A stretch of 62,143 bases of DNA, filler included, from Asterionella formosa (Eukaryota), in the NCBI GenBank assembly GCA_002256025.1. It is 29 parts of 29 records of this genome, joined end to end, with 100 filler letters (N's around TTAATTAATTAA, not from the genome) between each part and the next. Parts side by side here need not be neighbours in the genome. Positions count along the whole stretch, not along the records: positions 51,546 to 53,585 come from NKIB01000559.1; positions 53,686 to 55,725 come from NKIB01000560.1; positions 55,826 to 57,865 come from NKIB01000561.1; positions 57,966 to 60,004 come from NKIB01000562.1; positions 60,105 to 62,143 come from NKIB01000563.1; 24 more parts are not named here. One strand, 5' to 3'. Within the stretch, counting starts at the first letter, position 1. The number at the start of each line of letters is the position of its first letter. Below the pieces are notes generated by a model. The model made no database searches, had not been told where the DNA came from, and worked only from the letters and a program-made list of their open reading frames with translations. This document shows, one piece after another, positions 52,263 through 62,143 of the stretch. The translations under genes and the position numbers were made by a program.

Positions 52263-53013
52263 TTGCAGACGCACGGAGTCCGCACGGGGACGCTCTCTCC
52301 TAGCCAAAAGCTCTGCCGACTTGGCAATGTGGAGGCCAGCCTACGCTCCGTGGATCAGACAATCTCCCTGCTGGGGCCCAATCACCACGACCCTCGGTTA
52401 CAACCCAATGGCAAGGTCATCTTTGCCCTCAAACAGCAGTTCCAGGCCTATTCCAAAGCCGATCCACCAGCCACTCAGGTCGACCCCCTCCCCCCTGGCC
52501 TCATTGAACTTGGGGTCCAACTTTGCCGGGCTAGCGCCACAGCCCGTGACCGCTGTATTGCCGACATGATTACTATTGATTTCTTCTTCCTCTGTCGGCC
52601 TGGTGAACACACCATTACATATGACAATGAACCCTTCAAACTCTCCAATGTCAATTTCTACCTACTTGATCAGCCATTCCCATTGGACTCCCCCCTTCTC
52701 CAACAGTCTGACTTCATGACCCTCACCTTTGATACCCAAAAAAACGGTACCAAAGGTCCGTGGAAAAATCGGGCATGATGGCTGCTCCACTTCCACAACC
52801 TTCTGCCCCATCCACGCAGTTGCCCTCTGGGTACAGCACTTGCTTGCCCATGGTGCATGCTCCCACCAACCCCTCTGTTCCTACTTTGATGACGCCGGCA
52901 ACAGGTTCGACTACATTGAATCCCGAGACATTACCACCATCCTACGCCTAGCTACCAACTACCCTAACAAAGTTGAGTGCCGCTCCCTCCGCACTAGTAG
53001 CGCTATGGCTCTG
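52263..53013 (+). pseudogene. DIRS/Ngaro-type tyrosine recombinase, N-terminal and central part
   Basis: DPRL...YSKADPP--QV-PLP, IADM----FFFLCRPGEHT, TLTFDTQKNG, FCPIHAV, RSLRTSSAMAL; one frameshift near 52757. Confidence 0.8.
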
Positions 53014-53299
53014 TAACACTAACCCTAACCCAAAATTACCCATAGCTGTGTACCCATGTACAATCTCCTTACCTACTCCTAGCACGTGACCACGTACAAT
53101 CTCCTTACCTACTCCTAGCACGTGACAAGACAAGGCCATGGAAAGGGCGACTTTAGTCGTCATAAATGCGAGCGTGGGTACACAGCTATGGGTAATTATG
53201 GCTTTACTAGGCCGAATCCGAGACCGGTATGCTGGTCTCGGCACCCATTTTTAGGCCATAGCAGTTGTGTTGGTTGGGTTGGGTAGGTGCATGGTGGCG

Positions 53300-53440
53300 A
53301 TTTCCTGAAGGAGCTGGTAATCGCCGCCCGCCAGCATGAGTTGAGAGAGGCCCGCCATAACAGGCAGGACGGGTCTCGACATGGAGGTAACGGATTATAG
53401 CATCAAAGCGATAGCGCCCAATTTTAGCTTGATGAGTAGG
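53300..53440 (-). pseudogene. C-terminal catalytic segment of the same recombinase type, on the opposite strand
   Basis: LIKL-IGRYRFDAIIRYLHVETRP...MLAGGDYQL matches the GRW-SD---RYLH motif carrying the catalytic Tyr. Confidence 0.7.
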
Positions 53441-53685
53441 CCGTTCACTCCCCTGGAAAACAGATGCCAGTTTGTCGCCCCATTTGATCATCCATATAAT
53501 GATTCCACCAAAACATTTATTTGATTACACTTCTACAATGAAGGAGATCCAGGAGACCCCAACGGATTCCTTGCTTTCTTATGCCNNNNNNNNNNNNNNN
53601 NNNNNNNNNNNNNNNNNNNNNNNNNNNNNTTAATTAATTAANNNNNNNNNNNNNNNNNNNNNNNNNNNNNNNNNNNNNNNNNNNN

Positions 53686-54221
53686 ATGGTGCAATTTTGG
53701 TTTCTCTAAGTAATAGCGGTGCAATCGGTGGTGCAATTGTGGTGCAAATGCCAATGGGCAGTTGAATTTACGAATAGTTTTCTCTTTTTCAACCCTGTTT
53801 GGGAAAAGTCCCAGTAGGTCTATGTTGGTGCAATGTGGTGCAGCGACAATATGACATCAGCAAGGAGTGCCTTAGTTAAAAATTCATTACCAGTAGTAAC
53901 CTATATATATGATACAAAATGCTTGCAATACTTTATTAGTACCAGTATGTCCCATTACATGTATGTACCGGGTAGCCTACGGCCGTTGGCTACTACAAAA
54001 TACATATCTTATATGAATCTGATCGTGATCCTATGTAGAAAATATCACTACGGTGGTGCAGGCCGTAGCACGGATTTTATATATGGGTAGTCTGATGGTG
54101 CAATTTTGGTTTCTCTAAGTAATAGCGGTGCAATCGGTGGTGCAATTGTGGTGCAAATGCCAATGGGCAGTTGAATTTACGAATAGTTTTCTCTTTTTCA
54201 ACCCTGTTTGGGAAAAGTCCC
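53686..54221. repeat. Exact 127-bp direct repeat (53686-53812 and 54095-54221; period 409 bp), rich in GGTGCAA motifs
   Basis: Visible directly; GGTGCA recurs about 10 times, like a subterminal repeat array. Confidence 0.85.
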
Positions 54222-54414
54222 GGTATATCATGTGATTTTACCTTGCATACTGAATACGTATGTATACTGACGACCGGTACCAGCTACCAGTACCAAGTAC
54301 CAGGTACCCAGTACGATGGTGTGTACACAATTTGAACAAAAGTTACCTACCAGTGCAACAACGCTCTACTGCTACATAAGGGCCGTTCTTATCATTCTGT
54401 TATTTGTTGTCATT

Positions 54415-54602
54415 GGTGTATCATCGCCGAAATATGATACAAAAATGGCGGTTTGGTTTTTTTTTGTGTATCACCAACGGTTTTTTTGGTCTGATCACCG
54501 GTGTATCATGGGTGTATCACTGATACAGTTTTTGGACCCCTGACCAATGCTGTATCACTGATCAAGCCGTTGATCACTGTGTATCACGTCCGTTGCCACT
54601 GA
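54415..54602. repeat. Cluster of TGTATCA/TGATAC motifs ending in a TIR-like TGATACAGTTTTTGGACCCC
   Basis: At least 8 motif copies in both orientations; likely a DNA transposon end. Confidence 0.5.
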
Positions 54603-54786
54603 TAAAATAACTGTAAATACGCAAGCACAACACTATTAAATATTGCGCCAACTATTTTTTGTTATATATATACTACGGTACTCTGTATACATTACCTTTC
54701 AGCTTCGTGAGTCATACAAGAATCAGTAGTCCGCTCATCTCTATACCAATCTTCCGACATCGACTATATCTCGATTAATTGGCGCA

Positions 54787-55725
54787 ATGAGCAGCAAAGT
54801 AGTGGGTACGGCTGAAACTTCTGATGCTGCCTCTATTCGCATTGATTCGGAAGAGAAGCAATGCGTTGTAGCTGATGAGGACGTCGAAGATATTGTTGAG
54901 TTGTCTACTGCTGATCCAACCGACATTGACGAGATGGTTCCTCCACCTGAAATGAAAATACCTCCAACTGCTGACACACTCGACATTGACGAGATGGATC
55001 CATCCGAAAATGTCGTACCTGCAACTACTACTGGTACACTTCTTGACATTAACGAGATTCTTGGTCCCCCTGAAAAGAGGAAACCCTTTCCCGGTTGGCT
55101 AGCCAATATTGATGAGTTCGTCAACTCGCTCATAGTACCAGATGACTTTATTCTGGATGAAAGTGGGCTGGGATTGATTCATATAAAAGGAATCGACATA
55201 AAACATATATCTGTCAAGGTACTTCGAAAAATTTGCGTGAGATTTAAAGTGTCAGGGTACAGGAATGGCAAGAAGGACTCCACTATTTCCTTAATTGTCC
55301 GTTTACTGAAAAGAGACTGGCTGGTTGGTCAACTATACCCCCCCACTCCTATGATCACTTATAATGAAGTGATTGGCATCCACAACAACAACAGGAACAA
55401 TGATGAATCTATTATTGAAGATGAAGAAAAGAGTTGTGGCAATGTTGATATGGACTCTGATTGTTCACAGAAAGGGAAGCCAGATGAAGCAGAAAAAGAC
55501 CCTGACTATGTTCTTAATTCGCAAAATAGCAGTGATGACGATGACAAATCATTGACTCTTCCTCCTCCTGTTGCAAAGAAGGCAACAAAAAAGAAAAAGG
55601 CTACAGTAGCAAAATCAACTCCTCCAAGCAGTGTTACATGTGCTAACACATATTTTCGTGTCATCAATGTGTACATGTGTGAGCAACACAGAAGTGATGT
55701 GTTGATGCTTGGTCAGCCTCCAACT
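54787..55725 (+). CDS. Putative transposon accessory DNA-binding protein with HEH (SAP/Rho-N-like) motif, 3'-truncated
   Basis: Acidic N-terminal repeats (DIDEM), LRKICVRFKVSGYRNGKKDSTISLI (HEH-like), NLS KKATKKKK, TYFRVINV motif; the ORF is open for 313 codons. Confidence 0.5.
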
Positions 55726-55825
55726 NNNNNNNNNNNNNNNNNNNNNNNNNNNNNNNNNNNNNNNNNNNNTTAATTAATTAANNNNNNNNNNNNNNNNNNN
55801 NNNNNNNNNNNNNNNNNNNNNNNNN

Positions 55826-57865
55826 TCCCAAGCAACTTCATATTCGATTTTTCAACAGACTTGAGAAATTCCAAAGAAGGACCAGCATCTGAGGCATCCT
55901 CTGAGGCGATGGAAATATCTTCTTCGTCTTTGCCTTGTCGATTAGCCTTGGTGGTGTGCTTTGTTAAGGCCACAGGTTTGAGGGCAGGGTCCATTACTGG
56001 AGGTGGTCGATGAACAAAAACCACAGTGGCATTGCCACTGTTATCCTTACGCGCATTTTTCTCTGATTGAGCTGCTGATTCAAGAACTGAATCATTAGTA
56101 TTTGAATCATAATTCTTGGTGCTCCGGTCAAATCTAAATTGAACATGATTTTTGACTGGACTAGAAATATTGTTAAGCAAAGCTGGTGGAGTTGGGACCA
56201 CAGCTTCTTTGGCCTTTACAATGTTCTTTTCCTTGGAAGAAATCAAGGTTTCTTGCTCGATGTTTTTACGCCCTTCATTGTTAATGTTGGTCAAAGGTGG
56301 TGAAGGTAAGACCTGAACATCAACAATTCTCTTGGAGTCAAACCTGTTGGAAACGCCAAAAGTAGGGTCTTGAAAACTGTGCATCCACTTTGCACTCTCT
56401 TCCACACCCTTGTTCCCAGTGAGAGACGACTTGCTATTATTTTTCGTCAAATCTTCATTTGACGATGGGGACAACACTCGTTCCGCATACTGCAAGCACT
56501 CCTGACGAAATTGGTGGTAGGCTGCATCAGCCTGATAGAGCAAGCTTGAAATATTTGCTGTGTTAGTGACACCCTTGAAACTGCCTTGAGAGCTGAGCCT
56601 TTGAGTGGTGATTGCTCGGCGTGAAGCAAGAGTTCCTGCTAGGTCAAATTGTTTCGACCTTATCCCATGGTGGGACAGGATGAGTTCCAGCTTGATCACA
56701 TTCTGGTTACTTTTGTCGAAATTGACAACAGAAGGTCGTTCAGGATTGACACAATGGAGGAGGTCATTCTTTGAGGCAGTTGCCTTTGACTCACTACTAT
56801 CATCATCTGTTAGACTAATCACATCATTGTCCTTGGAAGAAATTCGTGATTTCTTGGAAATAGAACTAGAAGGGGGCCAGGTAGCCTTCGATCGTTTCTT
56901 GATTATTGGCACAGCAACTTGTTGGGACTCCGGTTTGGAGACCAATTTGCTGGAGGTGGCAGCTGATTTGGAATCCGGTTTGGATACTTTTTTCCTGTTT
57001 ATGGCAGCTGGTTTAGAGTCTGGTTTCGATACTTTTTTGCTGGGAATCGCGGCTGGTTTGCAGTCCGATTCAGATTCTTCGTAAGGATTAGTTACAGGCA
57101 TTGATGCAACATCTCGGCTCCTGGCTGTTGACTTCGCAGCGTTGTAAGCACCTGCCTTGGATGTGATGGCTTTGGTAGCATCATGCTTGGGAGTAGCCTT
57201 GGCAGAAGGCTTGAGTGCAACAGCTTTTGCAGCAACAGCTCTTGGAAGAGTCTTCATCCTCGTCTTTGCAGCTTTCTTTGGAACACTCTTCTGCAACACT
57301 CGGGATTGGGCCTGTGTTGATCCTGCTGTAACTATAGAAGCAGCCTTTTGCAAAGTGCCTCTCCTCGCACGCTTTCCGAGCGCATAAGAAGGCGCTTCCA
57401 AGCGGGCATACTCTGATCTGATAGCTGCCTTCGCATTCATCACCTCTGTCAGGCGATGAATGCAAAAATAGAAATGTGTGAATGAATAAATGAATATGAA
57501 TACAGCATATAAAGTAAACGAACATACCTTTTGGTTGCTTGTAGATGAAACCCCCAATGGGAAGAAACATCGAGTACACATAGGCTTGCTCTTCCAATTG
57601 ATGATCAAGAAGATCATAATGAGTGGCTGAAAGAAGACTCCCAGTTATATTTGTTCGCAAACGCACGATAGGAAAGGTCTCGAAATTTGCTGGTTCTGGC
57701 ATATCAGGTCCATAATTGTATGAATCAACATCGCCATCGTTCTTGTTCCTCTCATCATGAAGAAGGTTTTCAAGAGGATGATTGATCCTGTCCATCCAAG
57801 GAATAGGATTGCAGTGTACAAATCCCAAGGATTTATACCACTCAACCGCATTGCCCAGCACCTGC
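55826..57865 (-). CDS. Internal part of an unknown Lys/Ser/Ala-rich protein; exons 57865-57528 and 57445-55826, open at both contig ends
   Basis: 82-nt GTATGT...CTGAC-AG intron joins ...GFIYKQPK|EVMNAKAAIR in frame. NAVEWYKSLGF recalls the GNAT motif A--FY-KLGF. Confidence 0.7.
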
Positions 57866-58213
57866 NNNNNNNNNNNNNNNNNNNNNNNNNNNNNNNNNNN
57901 NNNNNNNNNTTAATTAATTAANNNNNNNNNNNNNNNNNNNNNNNNNNNNNNNNNNNNNNNNNNNNTGCATCCAGAAGTAGGCAAGTTTCCAGTTGATGCC
58001 AACTAGATTGGTCACTGGTCAAATGTGTGCACGACAAGGTTCACCTGAATGCGAGTTCAAATTGAGCAAGTATCCATAACTGTTACTCATAGGTTATACA
58101 TGAGGAATGTTCAGCACGTTACCTTTTTAGCAGCAATAGAATACCCCGGTACCTGGTACCAGGGACATAGGAGTACCTGGTACTTGATTTCAGTTTCAAT
58201 TATGTGACAGTCG

Positions 58214-60004
58214 TGTTGAGGGGAACCTTATCGTGAATAAAGGTGAACTACAATATTATGACTATTCTATTGCTGTTCCAAGTACATCGTTGTTAGCACT
58301 CACGCATGTACCTAATCTGGTGGCTGCGCCGGTATGGTTCGTACGGCGCATGTATGGAGCATCATATGCAGATTTTAACACACCCTCACCAACAGATGCA
58401 GGCAGAAGAACAGGAGCGGGGGTGGAGATGATATCAGCATCGGAAGCCAAGCACGCATAATAGTTAGGAGGACTAGGGAGGGATGGAGGGCAATGGAGAT
58501 AGTGTGGGCGCATCAACATATGATGGGAAGCGGGATGATGTTTAGTGAAATAATCAGCACAATTCAAACTACCTTTTTTCCAGTATACAAGAAATTGGCC
58601 TTGGCGAACCCGATCGCGTACCCAGTAATAACGCATATCCATAGCTTTGGAGCGTTTTTGTCAGACAGTAACATTGGCGATGCCACTGGCAGTGCTATTA
58701 TCGGTGACAATACGGGTAGAAGGTTGGGGATGACCAAGCTCAGCAAGAATGGTGCGAATAGCATATGCCTCTTTGCCATTGTGGAATAAAGCAGCTAATT
58801 CGGCCTCAGCAGCACTTGATACAACCTCCTTAAGAATTTGACAGTGGACGTAAATAGCACCGTTAAGAGGAGGGATGGATGTAGTGAGGCTAGGTGGAGA
58901 CACGGGTTTACAGCTGAGAAAGTGAATGCTGGCAGCGCGGGAGCGACCACGTGTTTCAGAGAGATAGGAAGCATTGCTTTCAACATGGAGGACCATGTCA
59001 CTGGCAGTAAAGCAAAGTGTGGCCTCAGGATGCATGGCACAATAATTGAGAAGTTGAGTAATAGCAGTCAAGGTAGCCACAGTGGGGGTTGCTTGTTGTG
59101 TAGCCAATGTACCAAGGGCCGGCAACATAGTACAATCAATAGCACGGGCATAATACAATAAAGTACCAAGAATCTCTTGCACACGTGTTTTATCATGGAG
59201 GTCAAGGACAGGGGTGACATCAGAAACAACAAATTGCTGGCGAGCGCCATAACTAGGTGCAGTCCAGGCATGGGGGGCATGTTGTGGGTGTGTTGGAGTG
59301 GAGTGCGTGAAGCGTTGTAGAGCACGAACAATGTAACCAGGCATAGTGAGGTCAACTGTGCGATGTTCATAGTCCCACGTCAGTGTAAGGCCAATGTATC
59401 GAGAGCCAGTCCAATCAGTTGTGAGTCGGTATTTGGTACGTAAAGTGGTGAGGAGACGGTCCACGTCACTACGTTTGGTGTAACGTACACCAAAATCATC
59501 AACAACAAGCGTAAACATGAGATCACTGGTGGTATCCATCCATAGGCCAGGGGTGACTGGGCAGGGGAGGTAATGATGTGGTAGCAAGAACTGAGCAAGT
59601 TGATCATTGGCAAGTTTACCAGCTTGAGGCAGCCCATACATGCCACGACGGATTTCGGCATAGATGTGCCCATCAATGATTTTTGGAGCTAGGTTGTAGA
59701 GGGTTTGAATGTGTGGGGGAATCATCCATATAGGGATGCGCACGTATTCATACTCGGCAGGTGCAAGATGACTTTCCAGATAAAAATCAGATAAATCCAG
59801 AGTCATGAAGCGGCCACCGGGGGTACTGATGGTGCTGTTGAACAAACATTTTGCAGTAGTGAGATCAGCAGTCTTGGTGCTGACATTGCCAGTGTAAATG
59901 ACACGATCACCCCCAGCAGTCCAACGAACGCGTTGGGGAATGGTTTTTTCAGGGCGATCGGCACACACAATGCGGATGTAAGTGGCGCGTTTGTGTGAGG
60001 GCAT
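58214..60004 (-). mobile_element. Second Ty1/copia lineage (CoDi-type): RT, RNase H, PPT and ~167-bp 3' LTR (58214-58380); one frameshift near 58660
   Basis: RVRWTAGGDR, GMYGLPQAG, LVVDDFG, SSAAEAELAALF, TDNSTASG, RSKAMDMRYYWVRDR, ADYFTKHH; PPT GGTGAGGGTG|TGTTAAAA...CTCAACA. Confidence 0.93.
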
Positions 60005-60104
60005 NNNNNNNNNNNNNNNNNNNNNNNNNNNNNNNNNNNNNNNNNNNNTTAATTAATTAANNNNNNNNNNNNNNNNNNNNNNNNNNNNNNNNNNNNNNNN
60101 NNNN

Positions 60105-60700
60105 TGCAACATACTCAGGCGACGACGTGGGAACGTAAATGGAGGGAGGATGACCATGAGCGGCAAAGGAGTGGTGGTACAGGGCATCGCCGTGAGGAGG
60201 TGGCAGCGAATCGGGGCACCACAGTGGATCTCGATTGGCGTCGGGCGAGGTAGAGCGCATTATGAGAAATTAACCGGAAGGGATCAATAACCTGTCAGAG
60301 AGAGAGAGGGAGAGACGATCACTTACAATGCATCGACAGCGATCGATTGATAGAGAAAGTGAGTTTTAGAGTGAAAGAATTAGGGATACTACTGCTAGCT
60401 ACTGGGAAAGGCCTACTTGCGTATGTTCTAGTACGGGGTAACCGGTACTGACAATCATACTGATAAAATGTATATATATTCGTTCGTAGTCTAGTCTGAT
60501 ATATTATACCGGTATGCAAAACCGTTAAATGAATAACTGCATCACTTCGCAATGAACATATATCATAAATACGAGTATAATACAAAGCAATAAGAGGTAC
60601 CGGTACTCATATAATTACGGGGTATTCAACATTCCACCTCCCCCCCCTTCCAGCCCATAATCATGCTGAAACGACGCACGACGAAAGCTTGAAAGTGTAA
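60105..60700 (-). mobile_element. Copia junction: pol 3' tip, PPT, LTR (60293-60631), PBS-like motif, gag start (ATG 60260)
   Basis: Minus strand: F---RF-MIMGW, then AAGGGGGGGGAGGTGGAA|TGTTG...TGACA|GGTTATTGATCCC, then a Pro-rich ORF. Confidence 0.65.
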
Positions 60701-60833
60701 GCATTCGCTTCATCATCAATGAATTTATTCATTCGTGAACAATAAGGTAATCGTTGACAGGATAGCAAACGCAAGGATAATTGAATCACATCCATCCTAT
60801 TCAACGTCCGACCATCCACAACAGCCGTTCACG

Positions 60834-62143
60834 ATGAGCTTCCCTATCCTGAAATCTGCTGTTATGAATGATGGGTACGACTCAGAATCGACTGTTGCAG
60901 TAGTCCCATGTGGACGACCCCTTCATTTCTTAGAAGGAGAACTATTTGGAAGGGATGCCGAGGCGAGTGCTCTCATTGAAGCATACGAACGCCAAATATT
61001 TGCTACCGATCGAGAGCTTGCGTTGCTTACAGGAGCATCCGGCACCGGCAAGACGAGGTTAGCCCAGGTTTTACGAGATCATGTCGAAAAGAATGGGGGC
61101 ATGATGATCACAGGCAAATTCGATCAGCTCCAGTCGCCGAAGCCCTTTTCCGCTTTTGTCATGGCGTTTACTGATTTTTCCAATCAAATCATGCAAAAGG
61201 GCGATGACACTGTAGTTTGGGTACGGAATATGGTACTGGCGGGTGACAGTATCGACACCAAGCTTCTTATTGGCATGATCCCTGCGCTAGCCACAATTCT
61301 GAAAGAGTCGTCTAGAGACAGCTACAATCAAGAGCCTACGCAGCTACTCCCCGATCTCCAACGGCAGCGATTTTTAAACGTTTTTGCCGAATTTCTAAGT
61401 GTGATTTGCACTCGAGAATACCCTTGTGTCGTATTTCTTGATGATTTGCAGTGGGCTGATGTTGGGAGTCTGGCTCTCTTGAATAAACTTGTTAGCAAGT
61501 CTCAAAATAACCAAGGATCAATGATACTGGGTGCTTGCAGAGGAAACGAAGTTCAAATTGACGATCCATTAGCCGAGATGCTGAGATCCCTTGAAGACAC
61601 TAGTGATGTTCGAATTACGAATATCATGCTAAGGAACCTGAGCCAAGAATCGGTCAAAATATTTTTAGCCTTGAGCCTAGATCGAAACGAATCAATTTGC
61701 GAGACACTCAGTGGTATAGTCTATAACATTACGAACGGAAACATTTTCTTCACCAAGCAATACGTACAATCACTACACGCCGATGGAATCATATTCTTTG
61801 ACGAAACCAACAAGCAATGGACATGGAACGAAGAACGGTTGCAAAAATCTTCATGGACAAATACGGAGCTACTATACAGAACATGGCATGATCTAGCCCC
61901 AGAGCATCAAGACCTTTTGAAGGTGGCTTCCTCATTAGGTGGGGTATCTACTACGGAAACTTTGTGCTTGCTATTGCCTCAATTTATCGTGGAAACGGGT
62001 CTACAGAAAGCAATTAGTAGAGGCATCCTCGTGCCGATAACGGGTACATCCAAACACGATTCCTATCGCTTTGCTCATGATCAGCTTCAACAAGCTGCAT
62101 ATGATTTGATTCCAATCAAGGAAAAGAAGGAATTTCACTTATG
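60834..62143 (+). CDS. STAND-class AAA_16 P-loop ATPase (COG3899-like module), 3'-partial; absent from the ORF track
   Basis: Open for 436 codons: LFGRDAE, Walker A GASGTGKT, GKFDQ, Walker B VFLDDLQWAD, GACRGNEV, TNGNIFF, YRFAHDQLQQAAY. Confidence 0.93.
   Translation, partial: MSFPILKSAVMNDGYDSESTVAVVPCGRPLHFLEGELFGRDAEASALIEAYERQIFATDRELALLTGASGTGKTRLAQVLRDHVEKNGGMMITGKFDQLQSPKPFSAFVMAFTDFSNQIMQKGDDTVVWVRNMVLAGDSIDTKLLIGMIPALATILKESSRDSYNQEPTQLLPDLQRQRFLNVFAEFLSVICTREYPCVVFLDDLQWADVGSLALLNKLVSKSQNNQGSMILGACRGNEVQIDDPLAEMLRSLEDTSDVRITNIMLRNLSQESVKIFLALSLDRNESICETLSGIVYNITNGNIFFTKQYVQSLHADGIIFFDETNKQWTWNEERLQKSSWTNTELLYRTWHDLAPEHQDLLKVASSLGGVSTTETLCLLLPQFIVETGLQKAISRGILVPITGTSKHDSYRFAHDQLQQAAYDLIPIKEKKEFHL

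Noticed and set aside
53019..53031. Telomere-like (CCCTAA)2
   Set aside because: Only two units and internal to the contig; not enough to call a telomere or healing event.
53130..53260. Possible ribozyme in the hairpin-rich region
   Set aside because: I could not find a complete hammerhead core (CUGANGA plus GAAA) or an HDV-like pseudoknot; an Infernal search would be needed.
53686..54221. 127-bp exact direct repeat as an LTR pair, and GGGAAAAGTCCC as an NF-kB site
   Set aside because: The repeat starts at the contig edge and 127 is a common assembly k-mer, so its length is probably artefactual. There are no TG...CA ends, PBS or PPT, and NF-kB is not expected in this lineage.
2057..60104. 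Regularly spaced TTAATTAATTAA palindromes and ORFs ending in X...LIN
   Set aside because: These are artificial contig linkers, not a repeat array or real C-termini.

Overview
This window is not one locus. It is 29 short contigs (about 2.04-2.06 kb each, roughly length-sorted) joined by 28 artificial 100-nt spacers (N44-TTAATTAATTAA-N44), so adjacency across spacers has no biological meaning. The content is eukaryotic and most consistent with a diatom or other stramenopile: short GT-AG introns, CoDi-type Ty1/copia elements, CryptonS-like recombinases and a PGRL1 fragment. Host genes are a complete FIP1-domain gene, a complete two-exon NECAP gene, a 3'-open STAND/AAA_16 ATPase missed by the ORF track, and short fragments (Ser/Thr kinase, ubiquitin-like, LRR, PGRL1, secreted proteins). 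Most of the sequence is transposon-derived: copia (three near-identical pol copies, a second lineage, LTR junctions), pogo, Plavaka/CMC, Harbinger, a Kolobok- or Mutator-like element, and Crypton- and DIRS/Ngaro-type tyrosine recombinases. The leading candidates for novelty are (1) about 30 dispersed TA-CCGG-TA palindromes that look like excision footprints of a pogo element ending in CGG, with empty and filled sites visible in paralogous repeats, (2) a pogo element carrying a convergent HIRAN-like gene, (3) a P2X7-ballast/KolX-like gene paired with a transposase, and (4) tRNA-derived Pol III-like elements that may be SINEs. All family assignments come from manual motif recognition, not database searches.
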